From: Octopus sinensis
Lineage: Eukaryota
Length of the DNA stretch: 64,000 nt
Direction: 5' to 3'
Assembly: GCF_006345805.1 (NCBI RefSeq)
Contig: NC_043020.1
Location: forward strand, 20,584,001-20,648,000
In this document: in pieces, positions 1-12,800 of the stretch
How positions within the stretch are numbered: the first letter of the stretch is position 1
Layout of the letters: the number at the start of each line of letters is the position of its first letter
Notes under the pieces: generated by a model
What the model was told of the DNA's origin: nothing
The model's input: the letters and a program-made list of their open reading frames with translations, nothing else
Database searches by the model: none
Program-made: the position numbers and the translations under genes

Positions 1-139
1 ATATATATATATATAAAACAGAAGATTGAGCTGAGTTGCAATGTCTGCGTTGACACGGTTTCTACAGTTGGATCCTCCTCTTATGGATGCTAATTAATTT
101 ACAGAATGTGTTGGGTGTATTTTTTCATGACACCAACAC

Positions 140-600
140 TAGTGAGGTCACCAAGTACTCTCAAGACAAGACCTCTCAACTGAGTGGGATATAGTAGCAA
201 AGGAGGTAAAAGTGAATACATGGACAGGAACAAGTGTCTTCCTGAAGAGGAGATACATAGCTTTCCCAATTGGAAAGAGGGACATATGATGATGGTGTAC
301 CATAAAGATACATTTTGAACATGAGAGAGAGAATAAGGATAAAGGAAGAGAAAGAGTAGTAGGTATGTTCATGAGAATGTGAAAAGAATTTGACAGCCGA
401 CTAGAGATGGAGATTGGAGTACACAGACACATATCAGTTTAGGGAGGGACGTGTAGGAAATAAGAGTGGATCAGAGGGAGGAGGAGATAAGGGACCGTAG
501 CAGGGATACAATGTGAAGCATAGGGGAATAAATGGTATCATTTACAGCACCCCAGTGAGTATAGCCATAGTTAGAACATAGATGGATGGACAGATAGTAG
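140..600 (-). mobile_element. Highly decayed Jockey/L2-like LINE 3' fragment (tentative)
   Basis: Minus-strand peptides SIHLCSNYGYTHWGAV and LVPVHVFTFTSFATISHSVE loosely resemble the C-terminal region of Jockey/L2-type ORF2 (IRPxxEYxSHxWGG ... RFASxSH). Weak by-eye similarity only. Confidence 0.3.
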
Positions 601-649
601 GAAATGGGATGTGGGGGAGAAAAGCTTGGCAGGACCTCATTTTTACTGA

Positions 650-1050
650 TATGGACAGGTCTCCTCAAGCAAAGTATATCACCATTCCTCACAGTCCTTT
701 GTCATCTCCTCCATGAGGCTCAACATTTTGAAAATGGTCTTCACTACCTCATCCCATGTCTTCTAACCTCTCTTTCATTTCTGCATTTCTCCCACTTTTA
801 TAGATTGCACTTTTTACAACTGTCCTCACCCATCCACATCACAGGAACCTCCCCTCTTGCACTCACATTTGATGCCTCTTATACCCAATTTTTCTCTCAA
901 CACATTTATTTGTATTTTGTTGCACATGCACACAGACATTGCACATCCGGCATAGTATGCTAACTTCTTTTTTGTCTAGTCTTTGCAAATCCTGTGCATT
1001 CATAGCCCAACTTTCATACCCATGTAACATTGCTAATTATACACAAGCAT
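650..1050 (-). mobile_element. RTE LINE 3' ORF fragment (degenerate)
   Basis: Reverse complement gives GYESWAMNAQDLQRL...VLREKLGIRGIKC and TWDEVVKTIFKMLSLMEEMTK. These match the RTE copies at 24996-26040 and 42028-45168 (GSETWAVTAEDMRKL, KTWDEVVKHDL). Confidence 0.8.
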
Positions 1051-1177
1051 GTGTGTGTGTGTGTATACAAATATATATATATATATATATATTGGTAAAA
1101 ATGGTAAGATAACAAAAGAAAGAAAGAGACCTCAATATTATGTAAATAGAGGAATTATATATATACTTTTTTATATA

Positions 1178-1551
1178 CTTTTACTTGTTTCAGTCATTTG
1201 ACTGCGGCCATGCTGGAGCACCGCCTTTAGTTTAGCAAATCGACCCCGGGACTTATTCTTTGTAAGCCCAGTACTTATTCTATCGGTCTCTTTTTGCCGA
1301 ACTGCTAAGTGACGGGGACGTAAACACACCAGCATCGGTTGTCAAGCAATGCTAGGGGGACAAACACAGACACACAAACACACACATACATATATACGAC
1401 AGGCTTCTTTCAGTTTCCGTCTACCAAATCCACTCACAAGGCATTGGTCGGCCTGGGGCTACAGTAGAAGACACTTGCCCAAGATGCCATGCAGCGGGAC
1501 TGAACCCGGAACCATGTGGTTGGTTAGCAAGCTACTTACTACACAGCCACT
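1178..1551 (-). mobile_element. tRNA-derived SINE family A, full-length copy
   Basis: Reverse strand head has A-box-like TGGCTGTGTAGT and B-box-like GGTTCAGTCCC, then an internal (TA)/(TG) microsatellite and tail TGACTGAAACAAGTAAAAG. Near-identical to copies at 57047 and 61022. Confidence 0.9.
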
Positions 1552-1691
1552 AATATATATATATATATATATATTAGGTCATCCCATAAATATATATATA
1601 TATATATATAGGTGGTGCTATTAAGTTAGACATGGCCTGGGCCAATAATGGCCGAAACCTATCAAAGTATCAAAGTATATATATATATATA

Positions 1692-2622
1692 TTAGGTCAT
1701 CCCATAAATAAATAATTCGGATTTTTCAATTGCATGAACTAAAAGTTGGAGGGGGATGGGATAAACTACCTGCATCAACTTGCTATAAAAGCAGGTAGTA
1801 ATTTTACCTAGTACTTATTCTTAGTGCAAGTTTTGAAGAGTACAGTTCGATTTTAAGAATTATTTTTTCAAAGCTATAATGGAAGTGACAAAGGAGCATA
1901 TTTGGCATATTTTGTTTTATGAGTTCAATAAAGATAACAATGCTACAGAAAGTGCGAGGAATATTAATTCAGTATCCGCAGATGGGACAATAAGCATAAG
2001 CCAGTGTCAATAGTAGTTCCAGAAATTCTGAGCTGGAAGCTACAGTCCAGAAGACGAGCCTTGTCCTGTAAGATCTGTAGAGCTTGATGCCGACATTCTG
2101 CAAACCATGGTGGAATAAAATCCCATTGTAACTGTTGAGGAACTAGCAGAAAAGCTTGGATTTGGTCATTCAACTATTCATCAACACATGTGTACCATCA
2201 GAAAAGTCAGCAAATTGGGTTGATGCACAAACTTTCTGAGTCTAATCGCATGCAGAGAGTGAATGTGTGCTCTTTTTTGCTGTCACACCTCACAAATGAC
2301 CCTTTTAAGGATCAAATAGTGACTGATGATGAGAAATGGATTCTCTATAAAAATGACAGTGGGTAGGGAAAGGAGAAACACTGGCACCCCAGGCTAAAGG
2401 TCTTCACCCAAGTAAGGTGTTGTTATCTGTTTGGTGGGATATGAAAGGTTTAGTCCATTTTGAACTTTTAAACCCAAACCAGACGATAACAAAGGAGATC
2501 TACTGCAAGCAGCTTGAGCAGTGTAAGTCAGAGCTAGAAGAAAAACAACCATCTTTGGTTTCAAGATGAAAGGTGTTCTTTTATGAGGATAATGCTTGGC
2601 CACATAGAGTAAAGATGACCCC
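1692..2622 (+). mobile_element. Mariner transposon, 3'-truncated, transposase pseudogene
   Basis: TA followed by TIR-like TTAGGTCATCCCATAAATAA. ATG at 1879 gives MEVTKEHIWHILFYEFNK..., later IVTDDEKWILYK, VLLSVWWDMKGLVHFELL and EDNAWPH (QDNARPH motif). Stops and frameshifts present. Confidence 0.9.
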
Positions 2623-2639
2623 AAATATATATATATATT

Positions 2640-3130
2640 CATCCCTTTCTTTCTCTCTCTCTTTGATTCCTTGCTCCCTGCTTTTCTTTTTCTTTCTTCT
2701 GTGCTCTCAAACCAGTCTTTTCAGCTTGACCGCTGCCATGTTAACGTTTGTTTTCGTTTTGCCGCAAAGGCATTTTTCAAATACGCCAGCCAAGATAAGT
2801 TAAAAATTGTCTTTGTCATAAGATGCCCGCTGTTTTTGTCCTGCTTACTATTCTTGTTTTTTATTTCTATTTTTGTTTCTTGTATTTATATTTGTGTGGC
2901 ATCCTGTCTTTGTTTCATATACATTCGATCCTCTTTCCAAGAAATCTAATGCCTGTGGCTTAGTTTTTCCTTGGGGCTGGCCGGTTCGGAGTGATATCGA
3001 GATTAAACAGCCGAAATTGCTAAGATGATCCGGTTCCGACTGAAGATTAGAGGCTTCGAGTGACCCGTTTGTTTTTTTGTGTCGTCTCTTTGCGTGTTTT
3101 TGCGTTCTTGTCCCACTTTGTAATTTATAT
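2640..3130. repeat. CpG-rich interspersed repeat, possibly a PLE pseudo-LTR-type element
   Basis: Abrupt rise in CpG and T-rich tracts between TA microsatellites, similar in texture to the pLTR-like region at 50086-50925. No coding match recognised. Confidence 0.3.
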
Positions 3131-3150
3131 TTTATATTTAATTTCTATAT

Positions 3151-3186
<36 letters not shown>

Positions 3187-4649
3187 CAGAGAGAGAGAGC
3201 ATAAGTATACATATTTGGAATATATTTTAAGTGTTTTAAAATTAATTTTTATTATATAAATATCTGCCTTGTAGTATATATATATATATATTATTTTTTA
3301 TTTGTTTTTTATCCCTACTACTTCTACAACCACTACTAATACATACACATACAAAAACTTGTAAACAACGACTGTTGTGAAAGTCTAACAAACAAATTGA
3401 GATAATTATGTTGTCAGATGTAGCTATATTTGGATAAGTGGAGTCAGAATAATATAGCACATGTGCAAGCACATACACACACTCACATGGAAATATGCAT
3501 ATAAAAAAGTTTTGTTAAATATAATTGCACTAGTATCTAATCAGTCACTACATAAGCGTTCTTGTTACAATTCTTGTCAGACTTATTTTGTTTTTGTGAA
3601 TTGTACTAAAACTAATTTCAATTTTTCAAAAATGTTTCTTGTTTGGCAAACAACAATCTCATATTCCCAAGCTTGTTTTGTTTAAAGATTCAAGAAATCA
3701 CACCAAAAATTTGAAATACACAAGTAATAACAATAAGAAAATAAACATTTTTGAAGAGTTGACAGTTAACATAAAGAAGAAGAAAAAACTATTTTAAATG
3801 CACAACCTGTGATCAAAAAAATGTTTTCTTTATTAATCACAAAGGTCACAAAAACAATGGGGAAGATACAGGATGATACAAAATGGGATTATGTGTAAAA
3901 AGAACAAGAGAAACAAAGAAACAACAAATTCCAAACAAAGAATGATTATCCAAGAGAGAGAAATCCAAGAGCTACTTGTGGAAACCCAATAAGACCATGT
4001 GGTAATCCTAACACAGCGTTTCTCAACAAAGGTTCCTAGAGGTTCTATGAGAAAGAGTGAGATAAGCTAATGTTAATTTCATGATCGTAATATTACTATA
4101 CATGCACAACATATTATTGGTTATTGTAATATTATAATATAGATATCATCCTATCTAACCTATTATGTTATCAAAAAACAATTATAATAATTATATATAC
4201 CAGCAGAAAAATCACATTCATAATCTTTCTCTTATAAACAAACAACATGGTAGTCCAACAACAGAGGGTGAAGCAATTTGTCAAGTTTTACCTTCCCCTC
4301 AAAGCAACATAGAAATTACAATTCAGCAGCCCATCTGTAAGCTTTGCAATGTGTGTATGTGTGAGAGAGAGAGGGGGGGAGAGAAAGCTTTGCAAAAGTA
4401 AAAATTAAGAATAAAAATTATACTTTGTAATATTAAGAATTAAAATTTTTAAATTATACATTATAAATATGAATTAGTATATATATCAATCATGTAAAAT
4501 CAAGTATATGCCAAATACAAAATGTGAGATATAAAATTAAACATCAGAATAAAAATGTCTGTGTTTAAATTTGATATATAACAAGAAATATTCAAATACA
4601 TATCTTCCTTTTTTTTTTTGCTGGTACTAAAATGGTGATTTGAGGAATT

Positions 4650-4666
4650 CTATACACACACATATA

Positions 4667-4707
<41 letters not shown>

Positions 4708-4815
4708 TATATACACACACATACATATAATATATACATACATATATATATATACACACACATACATATATATATACATACATATATATATATATATATA
4801 CATATATATATACAT

Positions 4816-4909
<94 letters not shown>

Positions 4910-4932
4910 ATATATATATCTTTATATATATA
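4650..4932. repeat. Compound (TA)n/(CA)n microsatellite
   Basis: Directly visible; it produces the YI-repeat ORFs in the track. Confidence 0.97.
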
Positions 4933-5847
4933 AAACTGAGAATGTGTGTCTGTCTGTCTATGTGTTTCCCTAAAACTTGAGAACTACACAACAAATTTCA
5001 TTCAAATTTCACACATGCCTTGCTTAGGGTCCGGGGAGTGTCATCGGCAAAAAAATTTTAAAACTTTTTGCCTAGCGCGAGCCCACAGCAATATCATATC
5101 TTCTCCACTACGATTCCCTATAACTTGAGAACTACACAACCAATTTCATGCAAATTTTACACATGCCTTACTTAGGGTCCATGTAGTTTCATGGGCAAAA
5201 AAAAAAAATGTTCAACTTCTTGCCTAGAGCGAGCCCATAGCAATATCATATCTTCTCCACTATTTCAGTATTACATGTTAAAAGTGAAACAAAAACGTTT
5301 CTCTATTTTATGTCAGATACTTTCACTTTAACAAAAAAAATAATAATAACAATTGAATTATATGTAGTAAGTAATAATTAAAATCAAAGTAAAGTACAAT
5401 AAAATCGTAACATAACAAAAGTAAAAACAGCAATTGGTATAAAATTGCATCAATGATTTGAACTTGAATAAGTGGTTTCACATGAATGGGAATAATTTAA
5501 AAATAAAATTAGCATGCAGAAATTGAATAGTCCAGACGGATAATAAAAGATTAAATTAAAGAAAAGACTATTGTCTATAAAGTATATAATGTAGAGAAAA
5601 AAGAAGATTTGAACACATGGAGGAAAGCACCTTCGAAAAGTGTCTTGGTGCGACTATGAAAGATATCTAATCAGAGGCAGTAAATTCGCCACAATAGAAG
5701 CAAGGTTCGAGTCAATGGAGCGTGCAAAAGAGTACTTGACTCGAACTTGCAAAGTGGAAACATTTTATTTTTTCCTTTATATCTGGGACGTAGGACGTCC
5801 CGGGAAAAAATTTAAAATGCCCCCGTGGGGGGGCATTTTATGGCTAG
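4919..5847 (+). mobile_element. Non-autonomous Helitron-like element
   Basis: 5' A|TC then TTTATATATATAAAACTGAG and (TGTC)n. Internal 148-bp tandem duplication (4974-5121, 5122-5262). 3' 12-bp hairpin TAAAATGCCCCC/GGGGGCATTTTA (5813-5840) followed by CTAG|T at 5844-5848, the canonical Helitron termini. Confidence 0.75.
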
Positions 5848-6214
5848 TACACCTTACGTTGTCGAGCGGTTACTGTTTATATCTCGTTCAGAGATTTATT
5901 AATGCTTTCAGACAGTTTTTCTAAATCAGTGATTGTGGTTGCTGTGAAAAACGTTAAATATTATTTGCAGAGGGTCTCCTTCATCGAAAACCGGTGTTTA
6001 CCATGCGTTGACGAGAGGCAATTACCTTGAAACTATAGTCCGTATGTAACACTTAGGTTTTCGAGGGAGGATGACCTCCCTTTGCAAATAACACAAGGGC
6101 ACTGAAATGTTGTGTCTAAAGTCCATCTGGTGACGTTGATCGCCTGGGGCTAAAAGCATCAGTAACACCCCACCCCCAGTGGCTAGCCACATTCAGATGG
6201 CTAGTACACCTTAC

Positions 6215-6353
6215 GTTATATATATATATATATATACGTTATATATATATATATACGTTATATATATATATATATATATAATAACATATATATATATATA
6301 TATACATAGAATTATATATATGTATAGAATTATATATGTGTGTGTGTGTGTGT

Positions 6354-6411
<58 letters not shown>
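6215..6411. repeat. (TA)n microsatellite with interruptions
   Basis: Directly visible. Confidence 0.97.
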
Positions 6412-6413
<2 letters not shown>

Positions 6414-6415
<2 letters not shown>

Positions 6416-6643
6416 GGGTGGTGAGCTGGCAGAAACGTTAGCACGCTGGGCAAAATGCGTAGCTGTATTTCGTCTGCCGTTACGTTCTGGGTTCACATTC
6501 CGCCGAGCTTGACTTAGCCTTTCATCCTTTCAGAGTCAATAAATTATGTACCAGTTACGCACTGGGGTCGATGTAATCGACTTAATCCGTTTGTCTGTCC
6601 TTGTTTGTCCCCTCTGTGTTTAGCCCCTTGTGGGTAGTAAAGA
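6414..6643 (+). mobile_element. tRNA-derived SINE family B, full-length copy
   Basis: GGTGAGCTGGCAGAA A-box-like and GGGTTCACATTCC B-box-like sequences, core GCCTTTCATCCTTTCAGAGTCAATAAATTATGTACCAG and an A-rich end. Related copies at 41600-41990, 45225-45400, 55271-55480 and 56500-56900. Confidence 0.85.
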
Positions 6644-6678
<35 letters not shown>

Positions 6679-7294
6679 TATATATATATATATATATATA
6701 GTGGTGGATTGGCAGAACAATAAGAACATAGCACTGGATGCTTTCTAGTATGTTCCAGTTTTTTGACATTCTGAGTTCAAATCCTACTATAGCATATAGC
6801 GGACATAATCTGTTGTCCAAATAACACAACTACTAAAGACAGCACTAGAGTCTCATGTGGAGTATATTTTGTTGCAACCATTTTGATGAGGTTCGAAGTT
6901 ACAACTCTCCCACCAGTTAGGACACCCTATAAAGGGACACAGGCACTGGCTTTCCCTCTGGAGTAAAGAAAATTATCTTCAAGTGCCTTTTTAACAAATT
7001 TTTATGAAGTTATTATGAAATCTCAGAAAGTGAGGAAGTACTCTTCTAGGACCTTCCCAACTGCTTCATATACATATCATTATTCATCAGTTAGACAGAC
7101 ATTTTCTTCCATAAACTTGTCTTTTTGTTCTTATTAATATCAACAACAAATAATCTGTGAAACAGCATCTCAGTTTGCAAAAGCAGTCTAATATTGCCTT
7201 ACCAATAGTGTATTTGAATTCATAACTTCTGCATTCATAGCACACATGTTTAATCTATTTTCCATATTATTCTTTCTTTTTTTATTTGATCTTA

Positions 7295-7935
7295 TCATTA
7301 TCATCATCATCATCATTATCATTATTATTATTTTATGTTTGACTTTTGCTTTATATTTGTACAAGTTGGCTCCAAGTCTCACCCAGAGACCTCAAGAGAC
7401 AACAAGTTGGAAGTTCATGTTGGTGTTATGCCTAGGGTGCCATATATTTGGCTTTGTACATAGTATTGTTCTAGAGAATGTTTAAAAAACCATAAGAAAA
7501 TTGTGTGTTTGTTTTAAAACTTGAGATTGCATAGAAAGTATTTTGTGTAGGATATGGGCAGTTCCCATGAGCACTATCTTTTGAATTTCTGCCATTTTGG
7601 GGTTTCCTGGTATCTGAGCTAGGTAGCAATCAACCCTTTTTGCTATCATTCCCAGGGCACCTATGACAACAGGTATTGTTTCAGTCTTCGGGTTCCACAT
7701 TTTGCTAATTTCTATTTCAAGATCTTTATACTTGCTAAGTTTTTGGTAGGTCTTGACAGATATGTTTATATCGATTGGGACAGTCATATCAATGAGGAGG
7801 CATGATTTTTGTCTGGAGACTTTCAATATGATGTCTGGCCTATTTGCATCTATCTTTCTGTTAGTTTGAACAGTGAAGTTCCAGAGGAGTGAGATGTGAT
7901 CATTTTCAAGTACTGGAGGTGGTTTGTGTTTTATT
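7295..7935 (-). mobile_element. R4/Dong-like non-LTR retrotransposon 3' end (restriction-like endonuclease domain)
   Basis: ORF 7482-7826 contains LLIDMTVPIDINISVKTYQKLSKYKDLEIEISKMWNPKTETIPVVIGALG, the RLE domain signature (D..VP....K..KY..L ... PVVIGALG). (AAT/GAT)n tail, with TTA repeats on both sides. Confidence 0.85.
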
Positions 7936-8129
7936 ATTATTATTTAATACTTCAGAAATCCTGCCACAATTGACTTTGTTCTTAATCCTCCTGGACTTGA
8001 AAAACTAACTCCAAGCACAAGTACTATAGTCAACATAATCAACCATATCCTAACCCGATACTTTGTGTTTTATGATAAAAATCCATAATTTAGAAGTTGG
8101 CACAGCTCTGAATAACTTTATATGACTTT

Positions 8130-8800
8130 TACATTCAGAATTTTAAATAATTCATTTTTGGTTCTAATGAAAGCAAATTGTATTTTATTGTACATCCACT
8201 GGAGGACACTAACTTCATTCCCCTCCAGTCTTCCTATGTCCTCTGCATTTAGGGTCCAAGTTTCATTACCATGGAGCATAGCTGTTCAAATGCAAGCATC
8301 ATACAATCTGCCTTTCACTCTGTGTGTGTGTGTATGTGTGTGTGTGTGTGTAAGTGAGAAAGAGAGAGAGAGAGAGAGAGGCCTTTTATTGTCAAAAGAG
8401 GTAATAGTTTTCTGAACTTCTTCCTTTCTATTCTTATTCTAGCAACAAAACTTTCAGAACATTCTCCTCCACAGCTAATTTGGTCACCTAGGTAACAGAA
8501 ACTATCTACAATCTCAAGGGAGCCTCCTGGGCATTTGAGAAAATCTAATTCCCAAGTATCCTTGGAACTTATTGTTCCGGCACATCTGCCACATACAAAA
8601 TTGCTCCCACAAGCAGCCAGTTCCAAATTCCTGGAAAACTATGACGACTAAGAGAACTAAGCCCTGGTGACCTCCTAGTTGTATACTAAATGACTAGAGG
8701 TGACAGCGCCTCTATACATGGCTTGTACAGCTATAACAAGCCACTACAAGTCTTCTGCAAGAATAGTATACCAAACTTGCTGGAAAGCCATGGCAACTGA
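8130..8800 (-). mobile_element. RTE LINE fragments
   Basis: Minus strand gives CGSNFVCGRCAG...LEIVDSFCYLGDQISCGGECSESFVARIRI, AVQAMYRGAV and GNETWTLNAEDIG, all paralleling RTE ORF 43778-44137. Interrupted by (TG)/(AG) microsatellites. Confidence 0.85.
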
Positions 8801-9068
8801 CTTCAATAGGGAATGTGGCCATGTACCATCCCTTGACATGGGCCTCATTAAATGAGTCCTGATATTTGTTTTTCTTTTACTAGTGAGAAATATAAATCTA
8901 TCTTCCTAGGGTACTGTATGTTCAGCCATGCTTATTTTTGCACTCCTGGAGAGCAGGAACATGTTTGGTGAGAATGATATACATATTGGAGGAGATTTGC
9001 AGAAGACATTAACTGTTGAGTGTGCACATTTATTGTTTCTCACTCCCTTTACATTAAAAGTATATATG

Positions 9069-9120
<52 letters not shown>

Positions 9121-9296
9121 CTTTCACTCAGACAAAGAGCAAATACAGAATATGTCACAGCAACTGAACTTACTGAACTTTCTATGGGACTCTAACCACA
9201 TACAGTTCTAAGCTTAGTGAAGCTGCTGATATTGCCAGTGTTGAGTGCTCAATATGTCTGAAATTCTAGACCTCTGATGGAAATGGAATGGGATAT

Positions 9297-9335
<39 letters not shown>

Positions 9336-10759
9336 GGGAAAACATAAACAAGAAGGAACATCCAAGAGGGTTCCACTTTTATAGATAAAAGATTGGGTGA
9401 GAGGGAACAGAGAGACTTAAGAGAAAATGGCTGATGACATGGTAGGTTTTGGCATTGGTGATACACAACTTACTAGTTCAAAGAAGTAGAAACTGTTGTA
9501 GCAGCAGAAGAGCAAAAGGGAGAATATATTACGATAACTGTTGTTGCTGTTGCACTTCAGGACAACATCAGCAAACAAACCCGTGTTTGAAGGCATTCCT
9601 AGTGAAACCATCCTATTTTTTTAGGAGTATCTAAGGCTACACTATTCAATATATCCTTCCTTTTACAGTCAGTTGGTTTAATTTTGAAGGAGAATTTTAG
9701 TAGGATGAATCCATCATATACAGGCCTCCTTCTTGGTTATCAGCTTCGTTGCCATCTATTTAATGTTTGTGAAGGTGAGTAGTTTCCAAATGTTGTAAGC
9801 AGAACTAATGGAGAGGACCAGTAACTCTTTTTTTTTTAAAGTCTTTTGGTCAGGAGTGAAAGACAATATTTTATGGGACCTTTGGAACTCCAAAACTGGT
9901 AGGCAGAAAGTAGGATGTTATCCTTCCTGGTCTGAATGTTTTCAGCAGAGTGAACTCCACAAAAGGCAACCAATATGCTAGATGTTGATTTTAACTCAAG
10001 CAATGTTTCAACCAATCATGGCATGATATGAACTTAGAAAGCAAAGAGCTACAACAAATACTACAAAGCTTTCTGTCTGACATACTATCAGTTCTACCAG
10101 TCTACACCCTAGACTGATACTTTATCAACCCTAGAAAGATAAAAAATAAAGTTGACCTCAGCAAAACTTAAACTTAAAATACAATGGAGTTGGAAGAAAT
10201 ATTGCAATCAATTTTGTCTGATGCTTTAATCCTGCCAATTTTATGCCTCAAACTATTCTGAGCTCAAGTAGTTTCTAGCTCCACAAAAAGCTCAACTGAA
10301 ATCAGCTTCATTTAACAACATAGTTACTGTAATAGATTATCTTTCGAAGTAGAGTGATAAAACATTTTTGGCCTAATTAAATATTTCTAGTTTCTGATGG
10401 CAATGTCTGGCTTTGATACACAGCACTTCAATGAACCAACAAAATTTTACATAATAATAGCCTATTTAAAACAAGGAAATTGTAATTCATTATGTGCCGT
10501 TTACTTTTCATTGGTTTGCCACTGTCTTTTTATGTAAATGTTTCTGGAATTAATTCAAATAGGTCTCAGTTAAACTGATAATGCAAACAGAGTAGACCAA
10601 GTTTGTAACATCTCATTAAACATATATTTTTTAAAAGTATACTCATTGCCTGTTTTATACATTAAAATGAATTAGTTAAAATAATTACATCATTACTACT
10701 ACATTAATATTTATTAGTCAAATAAACCAGTTGTTTACTGACTGTGATGATGATGATCC

Positions 10760-11200
10760 TTTCTAGTATAGGCACAAAGCCTGAAATTTTTGGGGAGGGA
10801 GGGGCTTGTCGATTACATTGACCCCAAGACATAGCTAACTGGTACTTATTTCATTGATTCCAAAAGGATGAAAGCAAAGTTGACCTTAATAATAATAATA
10901 TTGGCACAAGTACAACTATTTTGATGGGTGGGGTGGGGAAAATTGATTGCATCATCAACTGCCACTGCCACCACCACCAAAGACTGCCACTGCCAACCAA
11001 CCACCATCTGTACTGGTGACTGAAGTCAGAATATAAAGAATCAGAAGAAAAGCTGCCATGCATTTTGTCCAATGTGCTGCTAATGATTTCGCCAGTAATA
11101 ATGGTTCCAAATTTAGGGACAAGGCCAGTCATTTTGAGGGAAAGTCAATATTATCAACCTTGGGACTCGGTTAGTACTTCATTTTATCATCCCCAAAGGG
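10760..11200 (-). mobile_element. Two degenerate SINE-B tail fragments
   Basis: ACTGGTACTTATTTCATTGATTCCAAAAGGATGAAAGCAAAGTTGACC (10839-10886) and GTACTTCATTTTATCATCCCCAAAGGGAT are reverse complements of the SINE-B core. Confidence 0.7.
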
Positions 11201-12649
11201 ATACAATGATTTCTTTTAATTGCCACTAGGGCAAAGAGACTATATATCTTAATGTATACATTAAATAACTACAATTTAATTTCACAAAATCTGGACATAA
11301 AAGAAAAATTTTAAATACATATTTGAAACTGGTATACCAAAATTATCTAGAAACATTTATATTCATATATCATGGTAGTGAAGTACCCAATGACCTCATG
11401 TACATTATTTACTGAGGTACCTAACAACATTATCTATATCTTGTTACTGAGGTACCAAATGTCATGTTAGTAAGGTACCTAGCTATATCAACAGTATTGA
11501 CAAAAGAACCTGTACATGATCAGTAGACCTGTTAGAATTAACAGTGAAATTTCTTTAAACCACATCCAGCCAGCTTGGAAAAGAAAGACACATTGCATAT
11601 TATAGTCTCAAATATACAAAAAAATATGGGACGATCTTAGCTGGAATACCTTTAATCATGTCTGTTCAATCAGAGCTAAACTGATGCTAAACAACAGCTT
11701 GTTTGATGAGGTACTCAATGATATCATGAATAACATTGTTTTGTTTGTTTTTATTTCTTTGTTTTGGTCTGAGGAAGGGTCTATGACCAGAGGCCTTTGC
11801 TGTCCCTCTGAGACTACTGAGATCAACAAGAGAGTATCAAAAGTGGTTACTTCTCAATTACATCCTTTGGGTTGTTTTCAACTAGTTAGGACATTTAAAG
11901 ATTATATAACACATTGCTCTTCACTACAGAATCAAAATCAAGAGTAGTAAATAGTTCATTTTGTCCACTGCATTTATTTTAAAGGAAAACTTGGAAAATT
12001 GGCATCAGAAATTAAGTAAAATATTTTCCATAACAATCTTTTTCACTGCTGATATTGAGTAGCTTTTGTCATCTCTACTCAAACACAAAACTACTCTATC
12101 ATGTATTTGGAGCAGCTCAAAGTTTTTATTCAGTATATCTCTTTTTAATGATTTAGTTATGAAGGGGAAAACAATGCCCATGACAATTTTTAAAGGCCCC
12201 AAGACTGGTGGAAGGTACCCTCAAACTGAAAACTTAACCCAAATATTTGCAACAGAGTGGACTTCACCAGGTGGTGGTATTTAACTAATGGATTCAGTCC
12301 ACAGTCCAAAAGCAAAGTATGCAAAGAACTGGAGCAAATGCTTACTTTCCCCAAACTCTCGCAATCTTTACCCACTCACTTTTCTGTTCCCACTCCATCT
12401 TCTATTCACCTTCTTGTACTATGAGGGCATACTGACATGTTGTCATCACCATCTTTATCTCTCTTTCCCAGGTCCACCCCAATTACTCCTACCCTTCCTT
12501 ACATTATGTCAGATGTCCATATATCTCCTCTACAACATGAAAATTGTTCCTGTCCTTTCTTGCTTATCATAACCTCTCAGCACCTAGGCATAAAACTGCC
12601 TCTCTCTGTTAAGAGTGTAAACAGCACTCACTACATTCTGTGAACTGGT

Positions 12650-12800
12650 TGGCACTAGGAAGGGCATCCAGCCATAGAAACCATGCCAAAACAGACAGGG
12701 GATCAAGACATTATCTTCTGACTCTTTATAACGTATCAAACAGTTCATTCCATGTAAGCATGGAAGATGGACATTAAAACAATAATAATGACAGTAATGA
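12650..12800 (+). mobile_element. RTE 3' tail fragment
   Basis: GGAAGGGCATCCAGCCATAGAAACCATGCC...GCATGGAAGATGGACATTAAAACAATAATAATGAC matches the RTE 3' end at 45040-45168. Confidence 0.75.

Noticed and set aside
1178-1551. tRNA-like A/B boxes, here and in other SINE heads
   Set aside because: They are SINE promoters; there is no cloverleaf or anticodon arm, so no tRNA gene is called.
3008-3060. GAAA...CTGAAGA arrangement suggesting a type II hammerhead
   Set aside because: Stems I and II do not pair next to the core.
4592-4994. Long YI/CV-repeat ORFs here and at 6179-6496, 22913-23328 and 49312-49830
   Set aside because: Translations of (TA)n/(TG)n microsatellites, which lack stops in most frames; not genes.
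9174-9257. Minus-strand segment with good acceptor and GTAAGT donor
   Set aside because: All three frames contain stops, so it is not an internal coding exon.
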